A stretch of DNA of 64,000 nucleotides from Mobula hypostoma (taxonomy: Eukaryota). Below the pieces are notes generated by a model that did no database searches, had not been told where the DNA came from, and was given only the letters and a program-made list of their open reading frames with translations. The stretch covers positions 113,462,001-113,526,000 of the forward strand of contig NC_086108.1 in NCBI RefSeq assembly GCF_963921235.1. The letters are read 5' to 3'. This document shows, in pieces, positions 38,850-50,712 of the stretch (positions within the stretch are counted from its first letter, which is position 1; every line of letters starts with the position of its first letter). The translations under genes and the position numbers were made by a program.

Positions 38850-38960
38850 CTCACCTCCCAGAAGGTCAGCATTCCCTCAGTATTGCACTGAAAGTCAGAG
38901 GCCACCTTTCCAAGAACACTGTAACCTTCTGACATCAGGGAGAGTATGAGGCAAGGAAGC
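38850..38960 (-). mobile_element. Ancient DeuSINE-like remnant
   Basis: CTGACTTTCAGTGCAATACTGAGGGAATGCTG resembles the Deu-domain core, preceded by an ..TCAGAAGGTT head. Confidence 0.5.
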
Positions 38961-41900
38961 CAACACAGACACGCAGAAGGCTGGGTCACATTATTTGAAG
39001 ACTGGGACCTCGTCTTCAATCTAGTCCGAGCACCAAGTCCCTACATTACAAGCAAGCCCTTTTCGAACCTTTATATTTTAAAGGAAGATCAGGCATAATA
39101 ATGAGTCCAGAAGTTAGTCTGATTTGAACTTAATCCACAGTTTTACAAGCATGGCTGAAGATTCAATAATTGCTCAATTGACTGATTTTCCCCAAATCTA
39201 AAACTGTTTCCCATTCTCTCTGAAGTGAGCCAACACACCAAAGTGCGATCCAAAGGTACTGGAGGCTGGAGACACACAACACAGAAATTTTCAAGAACAG
39301 CTTTTTCCACTCCACTGAATGGACAATGAACCCATGTACACTACCTCACTATTTTTCTTTTCTTTGCTCTTTTATTTGCAGCATTAATTTAATTTTTATA
39401 CATATTATTGCAATTTACAAGTATTTATTATGTATTGCAATGTAGTGCTGCAACAAAACAGCATATAGTGGCAAATCACTGGCATATCACTGGCAAATGT
39501 CATGAAATTTGTTGTTTTCAGCAGCTGTACAGTGCAATACATAATAATAGAAACTATAAATTACAATAATTGCATTTAAAAATTAAATTAAATTAGCAGT
39601 GCAAAAAGAGAGGATGAAAGTAGTGATGTCGTGTTCATGGGTTTCAATGTCAATGCAGAAATCTGATGGCGGAAGGGAGGAAGCTGTTCCTGATTCTGAC
39701 AGTTCAACCAGTGCAGGAACTGTGGCATAAACGTTGTATATAATTGTTTTCTCATTGAGTCACTGACCACGTTTGTTCAGCTTGTGATCAAGCGATTATC
39801 GTGAATGGTGTGGATATCGTTAACGGTGTTGCCTCAGTGCCAAGACGGAGAAGGCAATTCCCCAAAGACGAAGCTGAGACACGCAAAACGACGCTACATT
39901 GAACAGACTCATCTTTAAATTATTTTAATGACCATGTCTCCATTTCCATATGTGATTGTTTATGTCTGAAGCAACGATAGATAGGTTTACCACCAAATTC
40001 CAAGATTTCTGGCAATACACAGATGTAGTGTGATGCCTTCCACTGCCTTTACTGAAGCAATCTTTGGAGCCGAGTCCCAGATTCACTCACAGACAGGTAC
40101 AGCACTGAAACAGACCCTTCAGCCCATCAAATCTGTGCTGGCCATCAACCACCCATTTACACTAATCCCATTTCATTCTCCTCACATTCCCATCAACTCC
40201 GCCCAGTCTCCACCCCTCACCCACACGTGGAGCAATCTACAGTCCCTTATTGGAACACAGAACATAACACACACGAGAGTACAGGCCCTCCAGCCCACAA
40301 TTCAGTGCTGACCTTCTAACCTACTCTAAGGTAAGTCTAACCCTTCCCTCCTACATAGCCCCACATTATTCTATCATCTATGCGTTTATCTCAGTCTCTC
40401 AAATGTCCCTAATGTATCTGCCTCTGCCACCAACCCTGGTTGCACACCCACTATTCTCTGTGTAAAAAAAAATCTGCCCTTGACATCCCCACTATACTAT
40501 CCACCTTAAAATGACGCCCCCTGGTATTAGCCATTTCCGTCCTGGGTAAAGTTCTGGCTGTCCACTTGATCTGCGCCTCTTATCATCAAGTACACATCTA
40601 TCAAGTCACCCCTTATCCTCCTTCGCTCACATGTCTTCTGTCTGCAGGAAGAAATAGCCATGCCCTTTTCTCCCCCCTCCTGTCGGGCAGACAGTAAAAT
40701 GCGTTGAGAACACATACTATATAAATGTACTTTGACTATTTGTATCAGCATCTAGGATAGCTTCTACCACACTGTGTAAGACTGTTCAGTGGACCTCTTG
40801 CTGCCAAGTGTGGAGTCTTGACCTCACAATCTAACTCATTACAGCCCTTCACCTCAGTGTCTGCCCGCAACGTATTTTCTCTGTAACCTGAACACATTGA
40901 CGTACTCAAGACCTGTCTGGATGTCATGCCAACAAAGGCTTTTCATGGCACCTCAGTAAATGTGACTATGATAAACTGATTCCAACTTCATACTGAGGGA
41001 AACCCACATGGTCACAGTCAAAACATGCAAACTCCACACAGTCAGTGCTGGAACTCCAGATCGAACCCAGCTCTCTGGAACGCCTCTGCAGTACGTCACA
41101 CTAAGATTAACACAGAACAGGACAGTACAGAACAGACCCTTCGGCCCACAATGTTGTGGCAACCTTTTAACCAACGCAAAGATCAACATAGCCCTCCATT
41201 TTTTTTCATCAATTGAATAGACGCTTAACTATCTCAAATCTTCAAAGATTAAAGTTCAGAGAAAATTTATTATCAAAGTACATACATATCACCATATATT
41301 ACATTAAGATTCATTTTCCTGCAATTATTTATCAGAAGAAAGAAATATCATAGAATTTTTGAAAAACAATACATAAACTGAGACTGACAAAACACCAATG
41401 TGCAAAAGAAGAAGAATACGTCTACCTCCACGGGGAATTCCACACACCCACCATACTCTGTGTGACAAAGGACATCTCTCCTGTACTTTCCTCCAATCAT
41501 CGTTAAATTATGCCCTCTCATATCAGCCATTCCCACCCTTTGGGAAAAGTCTCTGACCATCCTCTTGATCTATGTCTCTCTTCATCTTGTACACCTCTAT
41601 CAAGTGATCCCTCATCTTCCCTCATTCCTAAGAAAAAGGCCCTAGCTCACTCAAGCTCATTACCAGGAAAATCCTGAAACTCTGATCCATAGAGCCATAA
41701 ATACAGGAACACCAGAATGGGAGAAGACTACACCACCCCTCAGTCCTATCCCACCATTCAGTGTGACCATAGCTGATCTGCCCCAGGTCTCGGCTCGCCT
41801 TCTGTGCCAGTTTCCCATCGCCCTCAGTCAAACACTTCTCCTCCTCTTCTTTAAACCTCCCCCGCCCCCAGTGATCCAGTATTCCAGAAATTCTCCTCCC

Positions 41901-43489
41901 TCTTCACACAATACTCCAAATTAGGCCTCATCAATGTCTTATACAACTTCAGCATAACGTCTCATCTCCTGTACTCAATACTTTGATTTATGAAGGCTAA
42001 TGTGTGTCATATTCTGTCTTTACAACCCTATCTATCTATAATGCCATTTTCAAGGAATTATGGACCTGTATATCCACATCCCTCTGTTCTACCACACTCT
42101 TCAGGGCCCTGCTGTTCACCGTGTAAATCCTACCCAGCTTTGTCCTCCCAAAGTGCAACACCTCGCACTTGTCTGTATTAAATTCCATCTGCCACTTTTC
42201 AGCCCATTTTTCCAGCTGATGCAGATCCTATCGCAAGCTTAGATAGCCTTCCTTCTGCCCCAATCATGGTGTCATTTCTATTGTCCACCCCAAATTACTT
42301 ACCTCACATCCCTCAAACGTTGAAGCCCCAGGGTCAGCATGAGTTCAGGGCCAAGGACTGGCGGTCAGATACCCGGAAGCGGCCTGTCTGTGTGTGAGTG
42401 TGTGGGTGGGTAAAGGGCTGCTTTTGCTGTTGTCGTTGCTGCCTGCATTGTTCTCCTGAACGTCGGGGGCAGGCGATGTTGGCACTGGAATGTGTGTCAT
42501 CACTTGCCATACCAGCACTATGCCAGAAATTTGCCAGTGTCATTGCTTTCACTAAGGGGAAGCTGAAAGGTGAAAGGTCTGTAGGTAGGTAAATCACCTG
42601 GACCAGGTGAACTACACCCCAGGTTTCTGAAAGAGGCACTTGCTTAGGTTGTTAATGCAAATAGTACATTTCACTGTATGATCAAAATGCTAGAGGAACT
42701 CAGCAGGTCGGGCAGCATCTATGGAAATGAATAAACAGTCAACGTTCTGGGCCGAGACCCTTCATCAGGTCTGAAAAGAAAGAAGGGTCTCGGTCAGAAA
42801 GATCAACTGTTTGTTCATTTCAATCAACGCTGCCTGACCTGCTGAGTTCCTCCAGCATTTCTTGTGTATTGCTCTGGGGTTCCAGCATCTGCAGAATCTC
42901 TTGTGTTACATCTCACGATATGTTTTGATGTATATGTGAAAAATAAATCTAAATCTAAATATTACAATCCATCTTCCGCCCTCTTAAGCATTTGTCGCAT
43001 TGGACGGAACTTGGATTGTGTTTAGCTGTGAGGAGAGGTCGGGCAAACTTGCCAGATTTTCTCTGGAGTGTCAGAGAATGAGGGGGTGACGTGACAGAAG
43101 TAAACACAATTTAGAGTGGTGCACTTAGGGTAGATGGAATCATTTTCCCAGTGGGAACAGGCTTAAGATGAGAGGAGGAGGGAAGTTTTTTTAAAACACA
43201 GAGAGCAGTGGGTGCCTGGGCAGCTCTGAGAATTTAGCAGCCGAATTTGAAAACTCGGAGCTTCCCCTGGTTTTTGGTGGTTGGACTTGTTTTTTTAGTT
43301 CAGTGATGGAGTAGTAACAACTGTGTAAAATGACCTGGCTCCCCGCGTAAAGAGCTGGATTTTATTGTTTTCCCAGAGATAAGAAGCTGGGAAACTCATC
43401 AAGTGCATAAATTTTATTAACTCTTCGATGCAGAAGTGGGCTGGAAAGGTAGCGAGATGGAATCATTGTCTCCCTCCTTTCAGAAGAGA

Positions 43490-45170
43490 AACAGAACATT
43501 TAACATGGAACAGTACAACACACTATAGTTCCTTCCACCCACAATGTTGCTTTCACTTAATCTAATCCTTCCCTTTTATACAAACCTCCATTTTTCTATC
43601 ATCCATGTACTTCAATGTCCCTAATGTTTCTGCCTAAATCACCACCCCTGGCAGGGCGTTCTATGCACCCAGCACTCTCTGTGTAAAAACCAATCTCCGA
43701 CATCCCCCCTATACTTTCCCCCAGTCACCAGAAAATGATTCCCCCTTCTATCAGCCACTTCTGCCCTGGGAAAACATCTGTGACTCTCCACTCAATCTCT
43801 GCCTCATCATATGTACACCTCTATCAAGTCACCACTCAATCTCCTTCACTCCAAAAAGAAAAGCCCCACTCGCTCAACCTATCCTCATAATAGTCATAGT
43901 CATACTTTATTGATCCCGGGGGAAATTGGTTTTCGTTACAGCTGCACCATAAATAATAAGTAGCAACGCTCCCTCTAATTTTTAGTAGTCAGTGTGCGCA
44001 AAGATCTTATGTTGTGCAAATGTTTTTCCTGTGACACAAGTATGTGTGCACTGAATGCACACATGGGACAGTTTATGTAGGTTTACAAAACATTTGACAT
44101 TAAACTGCACAAAATAACATACATATTTAAGTCAGTTATTTTTTTCTCTCCTGTTTTTGGCATTTACCCATTCTTTGTAAACTCTATCTAGACTAATAGA
44201 ACCTCCATCCAATTGATAGCTTTTGATTCTCATTAACATATCCAAATGACATTCACCGAAACAGTTTCCCAGCTTGTTTTTGAGTTGATTCATCAGGCTA
44301 AAACCTCGCTCACAGACTGCCCCAGCCGCAAGAAAGGTTCCCCCAATGTCCATCAACTGTGCAAGGTCGCAAAACTGTTCATTTTGAAGTACAAATGCCT
44401 CCACTTGAGCAAAGTTTGAAATCAGTTTGGATTTAATTTTTTCTTGCACGGAAAATTTGAAATCATTAAACTGTCTAACTATTACAGTATTTTCAGCTAG
44501 AAAATCATGATATTTTAGACATAAGGCATTAACTTGTTCATTGCCAAATGTGAAGTCACAATCTGCAATTGCGGAGAAATCAAAAGCTGACCTTTCTTGT
44601 CCCTCATCTTCAGGAAACCTTTCTTCAAATGAACACAAAGACTATTTATAAAAGTCAACAGCGAACTTGTATCTACTGTGACGTTTTCTTCACATTGTTC
44701 GCTTAGCAAAACTTAAATTTTGTCGCTCCATGAAACATTGTCTCCCAGATACTGCTTTCTTATCTTGTTAATTTTGCCTCATGCAAAATGAAGTGAATCA
44801 ATCGGTGACATGCATTGTGGTATTTGAAAAACCAACTAACTAGTTAACAGAAACATTTAGCTAAAAGTTTATTTTCAATAAGTATAATTATTAATTACTA
44901 CATAATTTTAGGTAACTAACCTTTTGTGCGCACATTAATTTCCTTTGTGCGCTGGTTGAAAATCGTGTGTGCACGCACATGCGCACAGCTTAGAGGGAAC
45001 ATAGCTCATAAGACATGCTCTCTAATCCAGACAGCATCCTGGTAAGTCTCCTCTGCACTTTCTCTAGAGCTTCTACATCCTTCCTATAATGAGGTGACCA
45101 AAACTAAACAGAATACTCCAAGTGTGGTCCAGCCAGGGCTTTATAGAGCTGCAACATTACCTCACAGCTC
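43490..45170 (-). mobile_element. CR1 3' fragment hosting a Rex tail (43891-43960) and a hAT element
   Basis: CR1 sequence ..CCTATCCTCATAA resumes as CTCATAAGACATGC at 45005. Confidence 0.8.
43964..45004 (-). mobile_element. Internally deleted hAT DNA transposon with transposase C-terminus
   Basis: 15-bp imperfect TIRs CAACGCTCCCTCTAA / TTAGAGGGAACATAG; ORF 44132-44638 carries the hAT dimerisation motif CERGFSLMNQLKNKL..HLDMLMRI; CTCATAA duplication. Confidence 0.9.
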
Positions 45171-47692
45171 TGGTTGGAGGGGATGACGTGCATATTTGCG
45201 TCGGCAATTCTCTGCCTCGTGAGATGTTCTGGTTACATGCTCCCGGCAGTCAGAAACCCACAGCAACATCAAGCAAGGGTGCTAGAGTAGCATAGCAGTC
45301 AGCACAACACTATTACAGTCGGGACCTTAGAGCTCGTACTTCAGTTCCAGTGCCCTCTGGAAGGAGTTTGTATGTTCTTTGCCCGTGAACGCGTGGGTTT
45401 CTTCCTGCTGCTCCGGTTTCCTCCCAAAATCCAAAGATGTACTGGTTAGTAGGTTCATTGGTCATTGTAAGTTGTCCGGTGATTAGGCTAGTAATTGGGT
45501 TGCTGGACAATGCTATCGTTGGTCCAGAAGGGCCTGTTCCACACTGTACCTCGAAATAAATAATAAATAAATAGTTATAAACCCTTAGCTTCCTTCCTCA
45601 TTCATGTACTTTAGACCAAAATGTTCTTCAACAAGGTAGAGACTCTAAACTCTCTCAGGGTAAGAGATGGCAGTGAGCCAGGACATTTGGGATCTTTCTA
45701 AATAACGGAGAGGAAACAGACTGGGACTTTGCAAGATTGCATACTCTGCCAAACATCCACACACAGTTACTGAATTTTCTGAAGGCGTCTTGACAAAAGG
45801 GGCACATTTATGTTGCACAAGAGCTTACAAACAGGAAAGAAAGAAACAGGTCCTGGTTTAATTCATACAGCATTGAAACAGGTAGCTGTTTCCGTCTTTG
45901 CAAGAAGGGCAACAGTTATTCCTTTCAAATGCAGACACCTTGTGGATTTGCTCAATCCTGTCTGTCTGTGTCCTGCAGACAGCAAAGGGTGTCTGTCTGT
46001 TCCCAGTCATTTTGTGGGAATTATTTCTCAGACGGTCTCGCTCAAATTTCAGGTCCTGTCTGAAGACGTCGAAGGGAGGCGGTCAGAGAAAGGAGCATCC
46101 GAAGAGACACGACCGCAGAGTATCAAGTACCACAATGTTTAGTGAAAGGGCAGTAACTGTTTAGTAGTCATAGAGACACTCAGCACAGGATTATAAAGAT
46201 TAATTTTGTCACATGTACATTGAACACACAGTGTCGTTTGTGTCAATAGTCCAAGGATGTGCTGGGGGCAGCCTGCAAGTGTCACCATGTTTCTGGCACT
46301 AACATAACCTGCCCGCAATTCGCTAACCCGAACCCATATGCTTTAGGAATGTGGGAGGAAGCTGGATGAAAAGAGCAGGGTCACATAAAACTCCGTACAG
46401 GCAGCCATGGGAATCATATTCCGATCTTAAAGCTGATGCTGTATAACTGTTATGATAACTGTTACACTAACATGCTGCTGTTCGGCCCATCGAGTCCGTG
46501 CTGACCATCAACCACCCTTTGACACCAATCCTACATTGATCCTATTTCATTTCCCCTCCCGCACCACCCCCTCATTCCCATCAACTCTCCCCAGATTCTG
46601 GGGACAATATACAGCGGCCAATTAACCCAGCACCCCGCACGTCTTTGGGGTGTGGGAGGGAAATGGAGCACCTGGGGGAAACCCACATGGTCACAGGGAG
46701 AGTCCACAAAGGCAGTGCCAGAGGCTGGGACTCAACCTGGTCTCTACTTTAAGTCTAAAGAATAAAGAACATCATCATGGAGAAAAACAGCAGATGCCGG
46801 GAATCTGTGAGTAAAAGCAGTCTAAGGCGGAAATACTGAGCAGATCAGTCAGCAGCTGTGACAATCAGACACAGAATGATCCAATGCACAGGACCAGAAG
46901 AAGCACAAAATGTCGTGGGCTTAGTCAGCTCCGTCAGAGGCACAACCCTCCCCACCACTGAGGTCATCTTCGAAAGGCAGTGCCTCAGGAAGGTTGTATC
47001 CATGACGAAGGACATGCCCTCTTCTCATTACGACTGTTAGGGAGGAGATACCCCGCTCACCAATTCAGGAACAGCTTACATTTCTGAATATTCTATGAAC
47101 CTCTTTGGAACTTAGAATATTAAAGCACAGTACAGGCCCATTGGCACACAATGTTGGCACACAGTAACCTTCTCTGCTACATAGACCCCATTTTTCCATC
47201 ATCCATATGCCTGTCCAGGCATCTTTTCCTGATATATCTGCCTCACCCACCACCCACAGCAGCACATTCCACGCACCTACCCTAATCTACACATTCCTCC
47301 CATCACCTTAAAATTATGTAATAGCCAGTTCTGCCCCGGGAAAAGCTGTTCGGCTATCCATTCATTATTCCCTTTTTTTGCACTAAGTATTTAATACTTC
47401 ATAGTAATTTTATGCCTTTGCATTGTACCACTGCCACACAACAAGCTTCACATCATAAAAGACCGTGATAATAAACCTGACTCTAATTCTGAAACACCCC
47501 CTCCCAACCTACGGCCCTCCACTCAGAATGCAGGTAGAGAGGAACACAGTCACACACCAACCGGACCTGGAAAACTTTCAACGCTGCTTCACCATAACTG
47601 AATCCTGCAACTCCCTTGCCCACAGCACCTTCACCAGAGTTAAAAGCAGAGAGGGAAGGGTGACAAAGGGAGCTGGAGGTAACTATGCATAC

Positions 47693-47737
47693 CTCACTTT
47701 GACGAATGCTCTGTCTGCCTGCTGGCAATATTCCATG
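47693..47737 (-). CDS. Candidate 45-nt internal exon (HGILPAGRQSIRQSE or MEYCQQADRAFVKV)
   Basis: Branch-like attaat, then cttttcttcacctccaagcccag| ... GAG|gtatgc; no recognised repeat. Confidence 0.45.
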
Positions 47738-49446
47738 CTGGGCTTGGAGGTGAAGAAAAGATTAATGGTTCAGTTCTGATGGAGGTTTTGATGTCAAAAC
47801 CACATGAAATATTACACAGCGGTCAGTCAACTAACAGTCCCCTGTAGTTCACCCATCAATCCATCAAAATCGGATATAACAATAATAGTCAGCTGTGCAT
47901 TGTGTTTTACAGGATTGCTTTCATATTTATATTTATTCTGTTCTTTATCTTTCTGTGTTTTTTAAGGGTAGCAGAGTGGAGATACATTATGTCTCTACCA
48001 AAGGAGGTGTAAGGCGCCTCTTCCCTCCACTAGCCTGCAGGTCACCCTCGGGCAAGGGGTAGAACCTGCTAAGCCCCCCGATCAGGGTCACGTGAAGACA
48101 TGAGTGAAGGTGGTGGCTGGTCGTATGAGCAAGCTGGTGAACATCACAAGTCCTGGTTATGAGACCACTGACGCCAGCCATGTGAAGAGTATTGCTAATG
48201 GCTGGGCTCACCTGTCTTTAGACACTGTCCACAAGAAAGCAATGGCAGGCCACTTCTGTAGAAAAATTTGCCAAGAACAGTCATGGTCATGGAAAGACCA
48301 TGATCAGCCATGTCATTCGACACGGCACATAATGCATGAACGTACACAATTTTTTAAGCTGATTGGATCTGGAGTAACAATTATTTTGCTCTCCTTTGCA
48401 CTCACATACTGAAGAATGCCAATAAACAATCTTTTATCTTGAATCTTGGATCTTCAATCACACTAAGAAGGTAGATTGTATCAGTCACTGTGCTAACTGC
48501 CAACGCTAGCGGGCTGTCCCCAGCACATCCTCAGACTGTGTTGGTTGTTGATGCAAGTGACGCATTTCACAGTACGTTTTGATGTTTCAATGCACGTGTG
48601 ACAAATAAAGATAATCTTAATCCTTACCTTCAGAATGCTCTCCACTGTATATCTATAGAAATTAGTACAAATCTTTGGTGACAGCAAAATGTCATGAAAT
48701 GTTGACTGGTTTCTCTTTACACAGATTCTGCCTGCCAGGCTGAGTTCTTCCAGGATTTCTGTTTCTGTTGGTATTCTAAAGAACTTGGGTGCATTTCTTC
48801 ACTAATTAGTGGTGGTTAATATGCAGATGCAGCAGGCAATTAGGAAGGCAAATGATAAATTGGATTTTCAGAGCAAAGAACAGGCCCTCCGGCCCACAAT
48901 GTTACACCTAATCAAATAAATATCAATCAAATGGCCAACTAGTCCTTTCTGCCTACACAACTGTCTAAATCTTTCCATGCTCCTCACATTCATGTGGCTA
49001 TCTGAACATCGCTTAAAATTCCCCAGCACACCCACCTCTACCACTACCCCAGGCATTGGATTCAGGCACCCACCACTCTGTGTAACAAACTTGCCCCTCA
49101 CATCTCCCTTGAACTTACCCCCTCTCACATTAAGTACCTGCCCTCGGGGATTAGATATTAGACATATAGTTGCAAGAAGGTTTGGTATAAGAGGAAAGAT
49201 ATCACATGGAGCTCTCTGGAGACCACATCTGGAATATTACAGACACAGGAGATGCTGGAAATCCAGAGCACCTGGAACATTGTATACAGGGTTGGACACC
49301 CAACCCTGAGGGAGGATGTCCTCATCAGACAGGGAATGCAGAAAATGTTCAGCAGATTGATTAGTAGGATCAGGCAGTTACCCTAAGGAGAGATTAGACA
49401 GACAGGGTTTGTACTCGCTAGAGGTCAGAACAATGAGAGGTGATAT

Positions 49447-50690
49447 CATAGATTCATGGAGAAGTACAGCACAGAAACAGGCCCTTCAGCCCATCTAGTC
49501 CAAGCCAAAACCATTGAAGCTGCCAACCCCCATCAACCTGCACCAGGACCATAGCCCTCCATACCCCTACAATCTATGTACCTATCCAAACTGATCTTAA
49601 ACGATGAAATTGAGCTTGCATGTATCACTTGTGCTGGCAGCTCATTCCACACTCTCACAACCCTCTGAATGAAGAAGTTTCCCGTCATGCAACACACATA
49701 AAAGTTGCTGGTGAACGCAGCAGGCCAGGCAGCATCTCTAGGAAGAGGTACAGTCGAAGTTTCGGGCCGAGACCCTTCATCAGGCTTCTTTTAAACTTTT
49801 CACCTTTCACCCTTAACCCATGACCTCTAGTTGTAGTCACACCCAACCTCAGTGGAAAAAGCCTGCTTGCATTTACCCCATCTATAACCCTCATAATTTT
49901 GTATACCTCTATCAAATCTCCTCTCAATCTTCTACGTTTTAAGGAATAAAGTCCGAACCAATCCAATCTTTCCTTATAACTGAGGTCCTCCGGACCCAGC
50001 AACATCCTTGTGAATTGTCTCTGCACCCTTTCCACCTTATTTACATCTTTCCTGTAGGTAGGTGACCAAAACAATACTCCAAATTAGGCCTTACCAACCA
50101 CCTTACACAAATTAAACACAGCATCCCATTTCTTGTACTCAGTACCTTGACTTATGAAGGCAAATGTGCTAAAAGCTTTCATTATGACCCTATCTACCTG
50201 AGGCACCACGTTCAACAAATTATTGTTCTCCAACACTCCTCAGTACCCTTTCATTCACTGTGTAAGACCTACCCTGATTGGTCTTACCAAAGTGCAATAC
50301 CTTGCACTCATCTGCATTAAGTTCCATCTGCCATTTGTCAGCCCACTTTCCCAGCTGATGCAGATCTCTCTGCCAGCCATGATAGCCTTCCTCGCTGTCC
50401 ACAACACTCCAAATCTTAGTGTCATCAGCAAATTTACTGATCCAGTTAACAACATTATCATCCAGAAAATTGATATAGATGACAAACATAATGGACCCAA
50501 CACTGATCCCTGCAGCACAACACCTGTCATAGGAAATCCTGGAGGAACTCAGCATTTTGTGTGTGTTCCTTGGATTTTCAGCAATTGCAGATTTTCTCTT
50601 GTTTATGACTTGTCACAGGACTCCAGTCAGTGAGGCAACCATCTACTACCACTCTCTTGCTTCTCCACAAAGCTAATGTTTAATCCACTG
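49447..50690 (-). mobile_element. Degraded CR1 RT/3' end with Penelope-type inserts
   Basis: KFADDTK, ERVQRQFTRML, RRLRGDLIEVYKI. Confidence 0.88.
49752..49784 (-). ncRNA. Minimal type I hammerhead core in a Penelope-derived repeat (best-preserved copy)
   Basis: CUGAUGA-A-GGGUCUCGGCCC-GAAA-C-UUC-GACU. Confidence 0.6.
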
Positions 50691-50712
50691 TGCCACATGA
50701 CAGTATGGGAAT

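Noticed and set aside
42295..42385. Strong minus-strand donor GAG|gtaagt
   Set aside because: The upstream sequence is part of a dispersed repeat and gives no convincing open exon.
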